64,000 nucleotides of DNA from contig CM000152.2 of NCBI GenBank assembly GCA_000004695.1, forward strand, positions 160,001-224,000. The letters run 5' to 3'. The number at the start of each line of letters is the position of its first letter. Position 1 is the stretch's first letter. The notes below the pieces were generated by a model. It saw only the letters and a program-made list of their open reading frames with translations. It ran no database searches and was not told the origin of the DNA. The position numbers and the translations under genes are program-made. Origin of the DNA: Dictyostelium discoideum (taxonomy: Eukaryota). Shown here one piece after another: positions 25,879-38,472 of this stretch.

Positions 25879-26226
25879 ATATCTAAACAAAAATAGGAAA
25901 TTTTTCCAAATATATCTCAAATTAAAAATAGAAAAATAAAAATAAAAATAAAAAATAAAAAAAAAGATTTATTATTTTTTTTTTTTTGGAATTATTCATA
26001 TTTTTTTTTTTTATTTTTTTTTTTTTTGTCAGTTTTTTTTTCGTAAAAATATTTAAACGCTGAATTTTTTATTTTTTATTTTTTTTTTTTTTTTTTTTTT
26101 TTATTGTCTAACCAAACGATCATTTATTATTTATATTAATTAATAAATAAATAAATTAAAAAAATATAAAAAACACCCCACAGATACACACACACACACC
26201 CACATAAAACATAAATATATATAAAG

Positions 26227-27053
26227 ATGACATCTATACTTTTTGAAGACACTTTTGAAGTCAAAGAAATTGATCCAGATGGAAAAAAGTTCGACAGAGG
26301 TATGTTGATGATCTTTTACATCTTCAACAAAAACCACAACAACAACATTATATATTAAAAAAAAAGTAATATTATTTTTATTAAGATTTTCTTTTTTATT
26401 AACATTCTTTTTTTTTTTTTTATTTACTTTTTTTAATAATAAAAATAGTTTCTAGATTCGTATGTTATAGTGAAAATTATGAAATGGATTTACAAATTGA
26501 TATTGCAACACATATTTATCCATTAGGACATGAAAGATTTAAAATGGTTTTAGCATCATCATTAAATTTAGATGGTTCATCAGATAATAGTGGTTCATAC
26601 GATACTAATAAACCATCTTTAGCTGATAAATATGATTATGTTATGTATGGTAAAATTTTTAAATATCAAAAAGAAAACTCTTCTTCAAAAGTGTAAGTTT
26701 TTGAAAATAATAAAAAACACACAAATTTTCTATACCCCCTATATCATTTTTGATCAAATCAACAAACAAATTCAATAAAACCATATTCACACAATACCAT
26801 ATACATACATACATATGTAACACATCAATACCTACCATTCTATACCATACATCACACATACACCACACATAAATCAAATATACCTTTCACTAGATCAAAA
26901 AAAAAAAATAATACTAATATGAACTTATTAAATTATTTTAGGTCTGTTTTTGCATCATTTGGTGGTTTATTGGTTCTCCTTCAAGGTGACCCAAGATACT
27001 TACCAGGTATTGAATTAGATGCTCGTATTTATTTATTAATTAAAAAAGCTTAA
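26227..27053 (+). CDS. rpb8: DNA-directed RNA polymerases I/II/III subunit RPABC3 (Rpb8): join(26227..26299,26449..26692,26942..27053)
   Basis: Exon 1 ([24 protein letters not shown]) is near-identical to the human POLR2H N-terminus and ends G|GTATGT at 26300. Exon 2 (acceptor aaaatAG 26447-26448) encodes [39 protein letters not shown]...[11 protein letters not shown] and ends GT|GTAAGT at 26693. Exon 3 (acceptor ttttAG 26940-26941) encodes [36 protein letters not shown], stop 27051-27053. 142 aa. Confidence 0.9.
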
Positions 27054-27949
27054 AACCAATAGATAAAATAAATAAATAAATAAAAAAAAAAAAATAAAAA
27101 AAAATTTAATAAAGATAAATACACGTGTAGATTTATTAAATACATTAATAATAAATATGGAACACATAATTATATTTAGATATACTAACTTTTATTATGT
27201 AGTATAAGCCAACAAAACTTATACCAAATTTTAGTATTTTGAATTTTTATTTTTATCTCATCAATTTCATTATTACCAAAAAAAATTGTAATAACGCCTC
27301 CGATTGATGAATTTGAAACCATTGTTGATTTTAAAACAATTATGTATAAAAATGAAATTATTGTTAAAATTGTTAATTATAGATCACCTGCTCAAAATAA
27401 TAACAATAAAATATCATTTAAATTATTGTTAACATACAATAAAGAGATTGTCTTTAAGAATTCATTTTAATCATTTTTTTTTTAATTAAATTTAACTTGA
27501 AAATTTATTAATGGTTGGATTTAGATGATTAAGGAAAATAGCAAAAAATAAATGGAAGTGTAAAAATGTTGATGATTTTAAAGATGGTAAATCAAAATTT
27601 GAATGATAAATAGTTTTAAATTAACTAATAGTTCTTTTAACTTTAAAAAAATTACTTATGTAGTTTTTGAAATTAATGGAATAGTTTTTAAATACCAAAA
27701 TTAACTGTTTGGTTATTAAGATTAATTGTAAAAGTGATTAAATTAAATATGAAATTTTGGACAAAAAAAAAAAAAAAAGAAAAATTTATATAAATTATAT
27801 TTTTCAAAAGACTAGTAATAAATATAATATTTATTATAATTTGAATTTTTTTTTTTTTTTAATTTAATATACTATAACAACATTTTGGTTTTTTTTTTTT
27901 TTTATTTTTTTTTAAATCTAAAAATGGAATAAATAATGAATGACTAAAT

Positions 27950-29267
27950 TTATTTAGTCATTTCAACTTGCCATAATGAAGCGAAAAGGGTTAAAACCAT
28001 CTTTGGTTTAACTTCAACAATATCTTCTGGAAGAGCGAAAACAACAGCACCAACTTTACGAGCGGTAGAAACAGCGAGTTTAGCATTTAATAAGTTATCT
28101 TCAGCAGAACCAGAGGTAGCAACTAAAGCTGGATCAACTGAACCTGGTCTAACAGCTTCAATGACATCCAAGATTGGAATACCGGTAGAGATGGTGGAAT
28201 CTTTGAAACCAGAGATTTGTTTCTTACCAGCGGCAGAGAGTTTAGAGTTTGTCCAATTGACGATATCAGCATCAGCGATTGGTTTACCAGAACCAGAGAG
28301 AGCAGTCAAGATGGAAATAACATGACCTCTCATCAATTGCCATAAGATTGAGAGGGTGAGAGTCTTATTTTTATCATAGACATTCTTACCATCGATACCA
28401 ACCAAAGAGTATTTACAATCTTTACCAAGTTGAATGGCGTAATTACAATTTTCAATCTTTTTCATTTCAGCACCCATTGCCTTGTATGGTGGATAGTTGA
28501 CTTTCTTATGATCGACGAGACCTGGGTAAATCTTATCGAATAATTGAATTAAGATTAAACCATCATAGGTACCTTCGTAGAGATTGTTAACGAATGGATC
28601 TACACCTAAAGAATTCATCCAATTACGGAAAGTCTTTTCTTCACGAGTCTCTTCAATTATAACAACATCTTCAACTGGTTCCAATGCTGGATGAGTATTG
28701 AAAAGATTGGCAACGAATGCTAAATTAAGTTTTTGGAAACCAGTTACGATATCCTTTGGTTTAAGGAACTTCTTACAACCTAATTTATCGGCATTCTCTA
28801 AAACTTTAACAGCACGTTGATCTAAATTTGAGATATTCAAAGCAGAGGTTTCGACACCAGCATCCTTTGGTGCGATTTGTTTCAAAAGGATTGTATAACA
28901 TTCTGAATCTTTAATATCACCAGAGAAATTCTTTACTCTTCTTTGTGAGCCAGCAGCGGCTAAATGATAATTGAACCATCTCAATAAGATCTCTTCAACT
29001 GGAAGTTTCAATAAATCTTCAATTGTTTCACCATCATGTAAAAGACGATACAACTCTGGATGATTAGTTAAATTAATACGTGCGAATAAACCAATCTTAA
29101 TAATTTGCCATGTTAAACCCATAATTAAATGAGCTCTACCTTCAACTAAATCACCTGCACCAATATTAACAACATTACAACCAATTGCTTTTGCTGAATT
29201 AATACAAAGTACTTGATTTTCATTAATACGGAATGCATTTAAATTCTTTTTATTTAAAACACGTTCT

Positions 29268-29314
<47 letters not shown>

Positions 29315-29871
29315 TTTAATATTATTATTTATATATATTTATATATATATTTACCATCAATTGTATCTGGTACAGCATCATTAATTAATTTACATAATAA
29401 TAAACCATCATTACATGCTGCAAAGAATTTATCACCATCTTCTGGAATTGGTAATCTTGATTTGAGATCAACATCTTTTGCTAAACAATTGTTAATCCAA
29501 TCAATGTAGGCAACTTTCTCTTCATCGGAATAGGAATGTTGTACACCAGATGCTGTTGAACCAGAATAACCACCAATGGTATTGACAGCGCCAACTTTTT
29601 TAACAGCTGATGCAAATGCTGGTGATGCATTGGCAGAGTGTTGTCTTGCTTTTTGCATAACTTGGAGGAACTCTTTGAAATCAATTGAACCATTTCCATC
29701 GGTATCAACTTCTTTAATCATATCTCTAACTTCGACACCAGTTACTTTTTCACCACATTTGGTTAAAATCTTTTGTAATTCTAATGCACTAATTTGACCA
29801 TCACCATTTTCATCAAATTGATTAAAACTTGCTTTAAATTCTGAAATTTCTGATTCACTAAAGTTTGTCAT
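27950..29871 (-). CDS. fimA: Fimbrin/plastin (2 EF-hands + 4 CH domains), 610 aa: complement(join(27950..29265,29355..29871))
   Basis: The N-terminal exon has two EF-hand loops (DENGDGQISALE, DTDGNGSIDFKEF) and ends ...VPDTID-G|GTAAAT at 29354. The acceptor aaatAG at 29266-29267 continues ERVLNKKNLNAFRINENQVLCINSAKAIGCNVVNIGAGDLVEGRAHLIMGLTWQIIKIGLFA (calponin-homology domains) to TAA at 27950. 1833 nt, in frame. Confidence 0.93.
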
Positions 29872-30300
29872 GTTTTTTTTTATAAAAATTGAAAAAAAAA
29901 AAAAAAAAATCTATTTATAGAATTATTTTAATTTAAAATTTAAAATTTAAAATTTAGTATAAAAATTAAAAAAATTATTTTATTTTTTTTTTTTTATTTT
30001 ATTTTTTAAGAATTTCACACCTACAAATATTTATATCAATAATGAAGAAAAAAAAAAAAAAAAAATTATGATTTTATAATTTCAACTTAAAAAAAAAAAA
30101 ATATTTTAAAAAAAAAAAAAAACCCAAAAAAAAAAAAATCAAAATAATTTTATTTGAATTTGATGGTTGGTTGATTATTAAAAAAAAAAAAATAAAAAAA
30201 AAACTATGTATAAAATGGGAAGGGGTATGGCAAAAAATGTTTTTTTTTTTATTTTTTTTAAATTTTTTTTTTTTTTTATTTTTAGTTATTTGAACCATTA

Positions 30301-30340
<40 letters not shown>

Positions 30341-30689
30341 AGGGAAAGATCCAATTTTATCAACAATCGTTTAGTCATATTTTTATTATAATAAAGAAAT
30401 AATAATTTTACTATATCTCATTTGAAATTTTTTTTTTTTTTTTTAAAATTGTTTTGTTTTAAAAAATTAAAATTTGAACTTCATTTTTTTAATTAAAATT
30501 CCAATCTCAATCCCTAGTAATTTCCAAAAAAAAAAAAAAAAAAAAAGAAAAATGGACTTTATTTCAAACTAAATTATTTTTTATTTTTTTAATCTTTCCA
30601 GATTTATTTTTTATTTTTACCAATTTAGGCAATAATTATAATAATAATAATAAAATTAAAAATAATAATAATAATAATAAAAATAAAAA

Positions 30690-30765
<76 letters not shown>

Positions 30766-30793
30766 TATAATATAAATAATAATAATAGTAAAA

Positions 30794-31792
30794 ATGAGTG
30801 AAACATTTTCTTATTGGATAGAAGATAATATATATCCTAAAAAATGGGATATTATTTATAAACAAAGAGAAAATCAAGTTTTTTTAATTAAAATTAATAA
30901 AGGATCAAGTGAATATATAATAGTTTCAGAAAGATTTAATGAAACTATGAGTAATTCATTTGAAATTATTAAAATAGAAAGAATTCAAAATAAAAGTTTA
31001 TGGAGAAATTTTGATGAATCAAGAAAAAGGTTAAATGAGAAATATCAAGTTTCAAATTTAGATTTCCTTGAAAGTACTTTATTCCATGGCACTAGAGCTA
31101 ATGATCCAAAATTAATATTTTCATCAAAAGTTGGATTCGATATCGGTAAATCTTCATTTGGTAATTATGGCATTGGTTTATATTTTGCATTAAATGCAAG
31201 TTATTCCAATAATTATAGTTTTGAAGAATCACCAACCAGTGGTTGTAAACAAATGTTTCTATGTAGAGTATTATTAGGCAATAGTGCACCTCCAACTCAA
31301 AAAGAATTAAAAAATGATAGTACTCAAGATAGTATAAAAGGACCAGGAGGTGAAATGTTCATTTTAAAATCAAATCATACTGCATATCCTGATTATTTAA
31401 TTTCATACCGTCAAAAAGTAATCGTTAATAATAACACTAACAACAATAATAAAAATAAAAATAAAAATAATAATAAAAATAATAATAAAAATATTAAAAT
31501 TCAAAATGAAAATAAAAATGAAAATAAAATTGAAAATAAAAATGAAAATGAAAATCAATTTGATAATTATGGTTTCAATACTAATTTTAGTCAAAATCTT
31601 TATGATAAATATGGTTTAAAATATCCAAGTCAAGAAAAACCAAAACCTGGATTTTTCACTCCAAATAAAGAATTGGAATATGAAATATTCCCTCTTTTAT
31701 TTGAAAAAAATGAAAAAGAAGAAGAATTAGAAGAATTAGAAGATTATCAATTAGCTTTATTATTATCAACTAGTTCTTTAGGGTCAAAATAG
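30794..31792 (+). CDS. PARP catalytic-domain protein (ADP-ribosyltransferase)
   Basis: Single ORF. It carries the H-Y-[E] PARP signature core LFHGTRANDPKLIFSSKVGFDIGKSSFGNYGIGLYFALNASYSNNYSF...CKQMFLCRVLLGNS. The C-terminal third is an N/K/E-rich low-complexity tail. Confidence 0.8.
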   Translation: MSETFSYWIEDNIYPKKWDIIYKQRENQVFLIKINKGSSEYIIVSERFNETMSNSFEIIKIERIQNKSLWRNFDESRKRLNEKYQVSNLDFLESTLFHGTRANDPKLIFSSKVGFDIGKSSFGNYGIGLYFALNASYSNNYSFEESPTSGCKQMFLCRVLLGNSAPPTQKELKNDSTQDSIKGPGGEMFILKSNHTAYPDYLISYRQKVIVNNNTNNNNKNKNKNNNKNNNKNIKIQNENKNENKIENKNENENQFDNYGFNTNFSQNLYDKYGLKYPSQEKPKPGFFTPNKELEYEIFPLLFEKNEKEEELEELEDYQLALLLSTSSLGSK

Positions 31793-31971
31793 GTTAAAAA
31801 AAAAAAAAAAAAAAAAAAATATTCAACTTGTTTGTGGTATAGTTATCATTAAAAACATTTAATATTTCACTTCCCCTTATTATTATATTATATATTATTA
31901 AATAAAGTTTTTAATTTTTTAATTTTTAATTATTTTATTTTATATTTTTTTTTATTTTATTTTATTTTTTT

Positions 31972-33220
31972 TTATAACCATTTTGCTCTTTTAAATAAAC
32001 TACCAACAATAATTGAGAATAAAAGCATAATTAAAATTATACCAATAAAGAAATAATAAGAATCACCATGTGGGAAACCAACCATACCAGGTAATCTAAC
32101 ATTCATACCCATGATACCAGCCAAGAGTGTTAATGGAATGAAGATTGTAGAGATTGCAGTGAACTTTCTCATATTTCTATTTACAGAATTAGAAGCATCA
32201 CTAACTTCTAATGATACTCTTGCCATATATATATTATTTAAATTTGAAAGTAAACGTTGAGATAACGTTAACTTTTGTAACATTCTAAGTATATGATCTT
32301 GTACATTCTTTAGATATCTCATCATATCTATTGGTATTAATTTCTCATCTCTAAGTAACACAGAGATAATTTCACTCTTTCCAAATACACCACTATGTAA
32401 ATTTGTAACACGACGACCTGCTAAACCAATACGTGTGAACAGTTCATTCTGTTTTATACCACTCAACACCAATACTAATTCATCGAGTGATTGAGTTTCC
32501 AACATTATCTTATCCACCAAGTCAATGTAAATATCTACAATACTATCGAGGAATGCATATATCATCCAACCACTAGATGGTAAACCACCACTTTGATTGT
32601 ATTTCATCATACGAATCACTTGATAAGTACTTTGCAATTCCTCTTGATGAAATGTGAATACTATACGTGGGAATAACAACATATTCAATGTACCTGCAAC
32701 CAATACATTTGATCCTGGTGCATAATGAATTTCACTCACAACTAAAAAGATATGATTTGAAAAGAATTCACATTTCTCTCTTGTCTCTTGTCTAATTATA
32801 TCCTTTTTAGTTAATGGATGAATTGATAAAATATCACAAATCTCTGAAATTTCCGAATTTGTTAAACTTTGTAAATCAACCCAATAATGAATTTTATTTT
32901 CCATCTTTTCTTTATTATTTTCATTTAATTGATCTTTTAAAAATATTTTTAATTCTTCAAATGAAACCAATTCATTAATTAAACTAGTTTGATTAGTTAT
33001 AAAAATATGCTAAAAAAATTATTAACATATGTAAAAATTGAGTTAATAAAATATAATTATATATATATTTCAAATTTTAAAAAATAAAATATACCTTTCC
33101 TTCAGAGAGTAAAGTCTTTCTATTATTATTATTAGTTCCATTTGAACAAACACTTGTACTTTCTGTTGCTGCACCTTGTGATTCATTTAATACATCAAAT
33201 TCAAATTCATTATCATTCAT
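31972..33220 (-). CDS. CorA-family Mg2+/metal ion transporter (GMN motif): complement(join(31972..33009,33095..33220))
   Basis: Exon 1 (MNDNEFEFDVLNESQGAATESTSVCSNGTNNNNRKTLLSEGK) ends AAG|GTATAT at 33094. The acceptor tttttttAG at 33010-33011 continues HIFITNQTSLINELVSFEEL... into track ORF 31972..32970. The C-terminus has two TM helices flanking GIMGMNVRLPG, the CorA GMN signature. Confidence 0.85.
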
Positions 33221-33563
33221 TTTATTTTTATATATATGATTTTTAATTTGTATTTTTTTTTTATTTATTTATTTGTTTATTTGTTTGTTTTTTGTTTTTT
33301 TGTTTTTTTTTTTTTTTTTTTTGACTTTATTTATTCTATTTTAAAATTTTAATATGGCGAGCTATAAATAGATTTTATTGTGTGATAAAAAATAAAAAAA
33401 TAAAAAAAAATCGATTCTATAAGTTACTTGTTTTCTTCATTATAACTATTTTGTGAAAAAAAAATAATAAAATAAAAAATCGATTTTAAAATTACAATGA
33501 AAATAATAATTTATTATATCGATGTATTTTATTTTATTACTATTTATGTTTGTGTTGTGTTTG

Positions 33564-33596
<33 letters not shown>

Positions 33597-33603
33597 TTTT
33601 TTA

Positions 33604-33668
<65 letters not shown>

Positions 33669-33897
33669 AATTTTTTTTTTTGAGTATTTTTGACACCAAA
33701 AATATGGAAATTTGAATAAAAATAAAATAAAATAAAAAATAAAATAAAATAAATAACAAAAAGTCTTTTTTACTAAAAATAAAAAAAAAAAAAAAAAAAA
33801 AAAAAACAAATCATTCATTCATTCACACAGGCTTCAGATACATACCAGGTACAAATACATACATCAAAACAACAAACACATACATACTACACATACA

Positions 33898-34077
33898 ATG
33901 TCATCAGATAGTTCATTTGCATTATATATTCATAGAGAAAGAAGATTAATTGATATTGTTGATAATAATTGGGAACAAGAAACTTTACCACAAGAATTAA
34001 TTAGACATCCAACTATAAATGAAAATATAACTTTAAATGAAGAATTTGAAGAGTTACAAAGTAATTATAAAATAGAC

Positions 34078-34111
<34 letters not shown>

Positions 34112-34202
34112 TTTATTTTTTACTCACAATATCTCTCCCTCTCTCTATTTTATTTTTAAACAGGACAACAATGTAAGAAAGAAAAAGCATGGAATGAATT
34201 AG
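33898..34202 (+). CDS. Small hypothetical protein, probably 2 exons (join 33898..34077,34164..34202) with a (TA)15 intron
   Basis: A 60-codon ORF ends at GAC|GTATATATA.... The intron holds a (TA)n microsatellite and a CT-rich tract ending aaacAG at 34162-34163. A phase-0 continuation gives 12 more codons to TAG. The 3' structure is uncertain. Confidence 0.3.
34078..34107. repeat. (TA)15 dinucleotide microsatellite
   Basis: Perfect TA array directly after a GT donor at 34078. Confidence 0.9.
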
Positions 34203-34634
34203 CTTTAAATAGTTTCAATTAATTTGTGTATATTAGAAAAAAAAAATAAAAATAAATAAGTGTTGTAATTGTCAATTTTACAAAATCAAAATTATTTCAA
34301 TAATACATTGTAAAAAATGAAATAAAATGAAATGAAATAAAATAAAAGTGATTGAAGCTATAATTTTAAAATATTTTAAAATATTAGTTCAAAATTATAT
34401 ATATTAATTAAAATAATTAATTTGAAAATATGAATTCCATTTAATATTATTTTTATTTTTATTTTTATTTTTATTATTTTTTAATTATTTTTTTTTATTT
34501 TTTTACTATTACAAATTTATTATATATATTTTTTAATTTTTTTTTTTATTATTATTGTTAATTATTGTTGTTGGTTAATTATTGTTGGTTAATTATTAAT
34601 CATTGTTGGTTAATTATTAATTATTGTTGGTTAA

Positions 34635-37181
34635 TTATACAGTTCTAAAATCAAAATTATCAGGTAAAATTGGAATTTGAGGAGTTTCTTTTGGAATATC
34701 AATACCATCTAAATCCAATAATTTAACAGAAGTATTTATTGATAATAATGAATGATAATCATCTAAACCTTCTTGACTCTTAATTTCTTGACCTGATAAT
34801 AATTTAATAGAATCCCAAAAGTTTGAAACATCATCTCTATTTGAAGATATTAAATCAATTGTAAATAGATTTGGATTTGATGAAGATGATGAAGATGATG
34901 AAGATGATTGTAATGATGGTGATGATAGTAATACTGGTGATGATGGTGTTGGTGTTGAACTTTGTTGATGTTGTACTGATAATGATGATGATTGTGGTTG
35001 TTGTTGTTGTTGTTGTGGTATTAAAATCGGTGATGTTGTATTTGGTGATAATTGACCACTATTATTAATATTAATACTACTCATACTAACACTATTACTA
35101 TTACCATTACCATTGCTTGTATTATTATTTGTATTATTTGTATTTGTATTTGTATTATTATTTGTTAAATTATCTTTAATATTATTATTACTACTACTTA
35201 TATTAATTATACTATCTTTAATACTATTCATACTTGTTGAAGAATCAAGTTGTAAACTATTACTACTATTATTTAAATTTGAAAGTGGTAATTGATTTTG
35301 AATTAATGATTGAATTTGTTCATCTTTAATTGAAATATTAAAATAAGATAATGATTTATCTTTTTTTTTATTATTTGAATTTGTAGATTCACCATTAAAA
35401 AAAAGATCACTAATTTTAATAGTATTATAATTTGTTGGAATTGATTGATTTGGTAATGGTGGTTGATTTAATTCAGTTGATAAAAAACAATATTGAATTT
35501 CATATGAACAATTTTCATTATTGTTGTTATTATTATTATTATTATTAAATAAACGTATAAAAATCCAATTTAATGGTAAAGATTGTTTAGTTTTTAATTG
35601 TTTATGTAATTTAAATTGAAAACCTTCTTGAAAGTATGATATTTTTTGAGACTTTATTAAATCTAAAACTTGATAATTTACACCAGTTAACAACTTTTTC
35701 ATATCATCTCTAGATGATGAACTTAGGTCATTTAATAAAGATAGTAATGAAGAACCATTTGCAAAATTTGATAATAGTAAATTTGATGATGAATTATTTT
35801 GATTTGAATTTGTACCACCATTTGAATTTTTAGTATTTTTTTGACATTTCCAATCAAAAGCTTCCAAAGTAGTTGGTTTTGATTCTAATGCTGTAATAAT
35901 TAAATTTTTAACAGATGACATAATCTTTTGAAAATGCATATAAGTACCATTCATATCATCCCATGTTGAATCTAATATTTGAAATGTTGTACAATAAACT
36001 TCCTCAAATGCATGAGGATGTGAGAAAAATAGTGGAAAGAAAGGTAAATCATCGATATTGGTAGTGCTAGTGGTATTGCTAGTGGTATTGCTAGTGGTGC
36101 TATTATATGGATTTAAATTTGGTGTACCCATTTTAAAGATTGAGTTGTATAATTCAAATGTTAAGACTATACCAGCTGTAGCAGTTGGATATTCACGTTC
36201 TTTTCTGTCTATTTGACTATTAACAATTTTTCTAAACTTTTCATTATAATTTTGAGCGAAATAAATTAAATTATCTAATCCCCAAATACCCATAGCACGA
36301 AAGTCTGTACATGGATCAGTACCTTGAAAACCCATTTGTTTCCATTGTTCAGATACACGTGATTCTAATTTCACACCTGGATATGTTAATGACCAAAGTT
36401 TCATTAACAATGCATCATGCTCACTAGACTCTTTATTAAATGTAACATTCTTTCTATTAGTTATAACTTGGAATCTATGACGTTGGTAAATGTATAACTG
36501 TCTCTTTAATTCCGGTGCTACAATAATTGATTCAACCAATTTCTTTAACTTTTGATTTATCTCATATTCATCCAACTCTTTTAATAATTTATTAAACCCA
36601 TTCTCACCACCGGTGACACTGCCATTCTCTAAACCTGGAATGGTTGTTGACATAGTTTTACCAATTATTATATTTATCAATGTTAATGCATTCAATTGAA
36701 CATCTACAGTATTTGAAGAACTTAATAATTGCACTAGAGTATGGTTATAATTTCGTTTAGTTTTTTCATTATATTCCAATACTAATGTACTTGAGAATTG
36801 TTTGAAATTTAAATTATTACTTTGATTTAAAAATAAGCATAATAAAGATAAGGATGTTTTTGAAATACTTGGATTACTTGTATTCTCAGTTAATGGTAAT
36901 AATTGAGTTATCAATGATGCAGTATCTGTCGATGTCATTGATGTAATAGTAAACTCATATGACATTATAGTTTGTAATGCTGATAATGCATAACTCAATG
37001 TGTTACCTGTCAATTCCTTTAATTGACATACAATAACTTCAATACCATTCTTTTCAACAAATTTTTTAATTAAAATTTCTTCTTTTAAATCTTTTAAATC
37101 AAAAAATGCTTTCTTTTTAAATGTATTATCTTTTAAATTATTTAATAAATTATTAATTAATGTATCTGGTGATAATTGAAC

Positions 37182-37219
<38 letters not shown>

Positions 37220-37654
37220 GAATTTGTTGTTGAATTTGTTGTTGAATTTGTTGACCATTAATATTTATACTTGATGATGGTGATGATGGTGCATTATTAT
37301 TTGTTGTTCCAACTACACTATTACTATAACCACTACCAATTGAAATTGTACCTAATCTATTTAAATGTTTAATTATAATTTCTGATCCTTCATCAATTAA
37401 ATTTATATTCTTTTTTTTTTTTTTTTTTTATCAATTATTAATATAATTTTAAAATAAATAAATATATAAATTTAAATTTTAAAAAAATAACCTACATCAA
37501 CTAATTGACCAGATGATAAAAATAAAGAATATGAATAATAATTTGTAATTAAAAATAACGAACATAATTTTTGAGTTACTTGTTGAAGATTTGTAATTTC
37601 TGTTTCAAAATTATGTTCAATTATCCTTTCTTGGAATGTAACTTTAATTTTCAT
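34635..37654 (-). CDS. ELMO (engulfment and cell motility) domain protein, about 977 aa: complement(join(34635..37409,37496..37654))
   Basis: Exon 1 (MKIKVTFQERIIEHNFETEITNLQQVTQKLCSLFLITNYYSYSLFLSSGQLVD, a ubiquitin-like RBD) ends GAT|GTAGGT at 37495. The acceptor aaaaaAG at 37410-37411 continues NINLIDEGSEIIIKHLNRLGTISIG..., a poly-Gln tract, and the ELMO core EQWKQMGFQGTDPCTDFRAMGIWGLDNLIYFAQNYNEKF. A PH-like and Ser/Asn-rich C-terminus follows to TAA at 34635. Confidence 0.85.
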
Positions 37655-37816
37655 TTTTTTTTTTTTTTTTTTTTTTGAAAAATTAATTTATTTTATTAAC
37701 TTTACAATTAAACAAAAAAAAAAATAAAAAAAAATTTTATTTTAATAACTTTCTGGTATTGCAATAAAAAAAAAAATAAAAAAAAAAAAAAAAACAATTA
37801 ATAAAAATGATTAATG

Positions 37817-37864
<48 letters not shown>

Positions 37865-38110
37865 AATATCAAAATTGGTGGGTTAAAATGCTTAAAAAAA
37901 AAAATTAAAAAAAAATTAAAAAAATTAAAATAATTAAAAAAAAAAAAATCTAAAAAAATTTGATTTTGATATTTTATTTTCATTTTTTTTATTTTTTTAT
38001 TTTTATTTTTTAATTCACAATGTTTAGTTTGTTTTTTTCTTTTTTATTTTTATTATTTTTATTTATTTTTTTTCATTAATCATTTTTAAATACCCAAATT
38101 ATTTTTATTA

Positions 38111-38143
<33 letters not shown>

Positions 38144-38373
38144 TCTATTATCTTTAATTAAAATTTTATTTTTATTTATTTTATTTCATTTTGGGCTATT
38201 TAATTTACTCATCTTTTTAAATTTTATACTTCAGTTGTTGCCCGTACCAGGGAAATAGTTTTTTATAAAAACCAACAATAATTGAAGAATAAAATTTAAA
38301 AGGACCAGAAAATTAAATAATTCAAAATAAATAAAATAAATAAAAATAAAATACATTAATTATAATAATAATT

Positions 38374-38408
<35 letters not shown>

Positions 38409-38472
38409 CACTATAACTACATTTAATAATTTTTTTTTATATTTATTTATTTTTTTTTTTATTTTTTTATTT

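Noticed and set aside
29481-29797. ORFs 29481..29708(-) and 29576..29797(+) inside the fimbrin exon
   Set aside because: Alternative frame or antisense of a highly conserved CDS.
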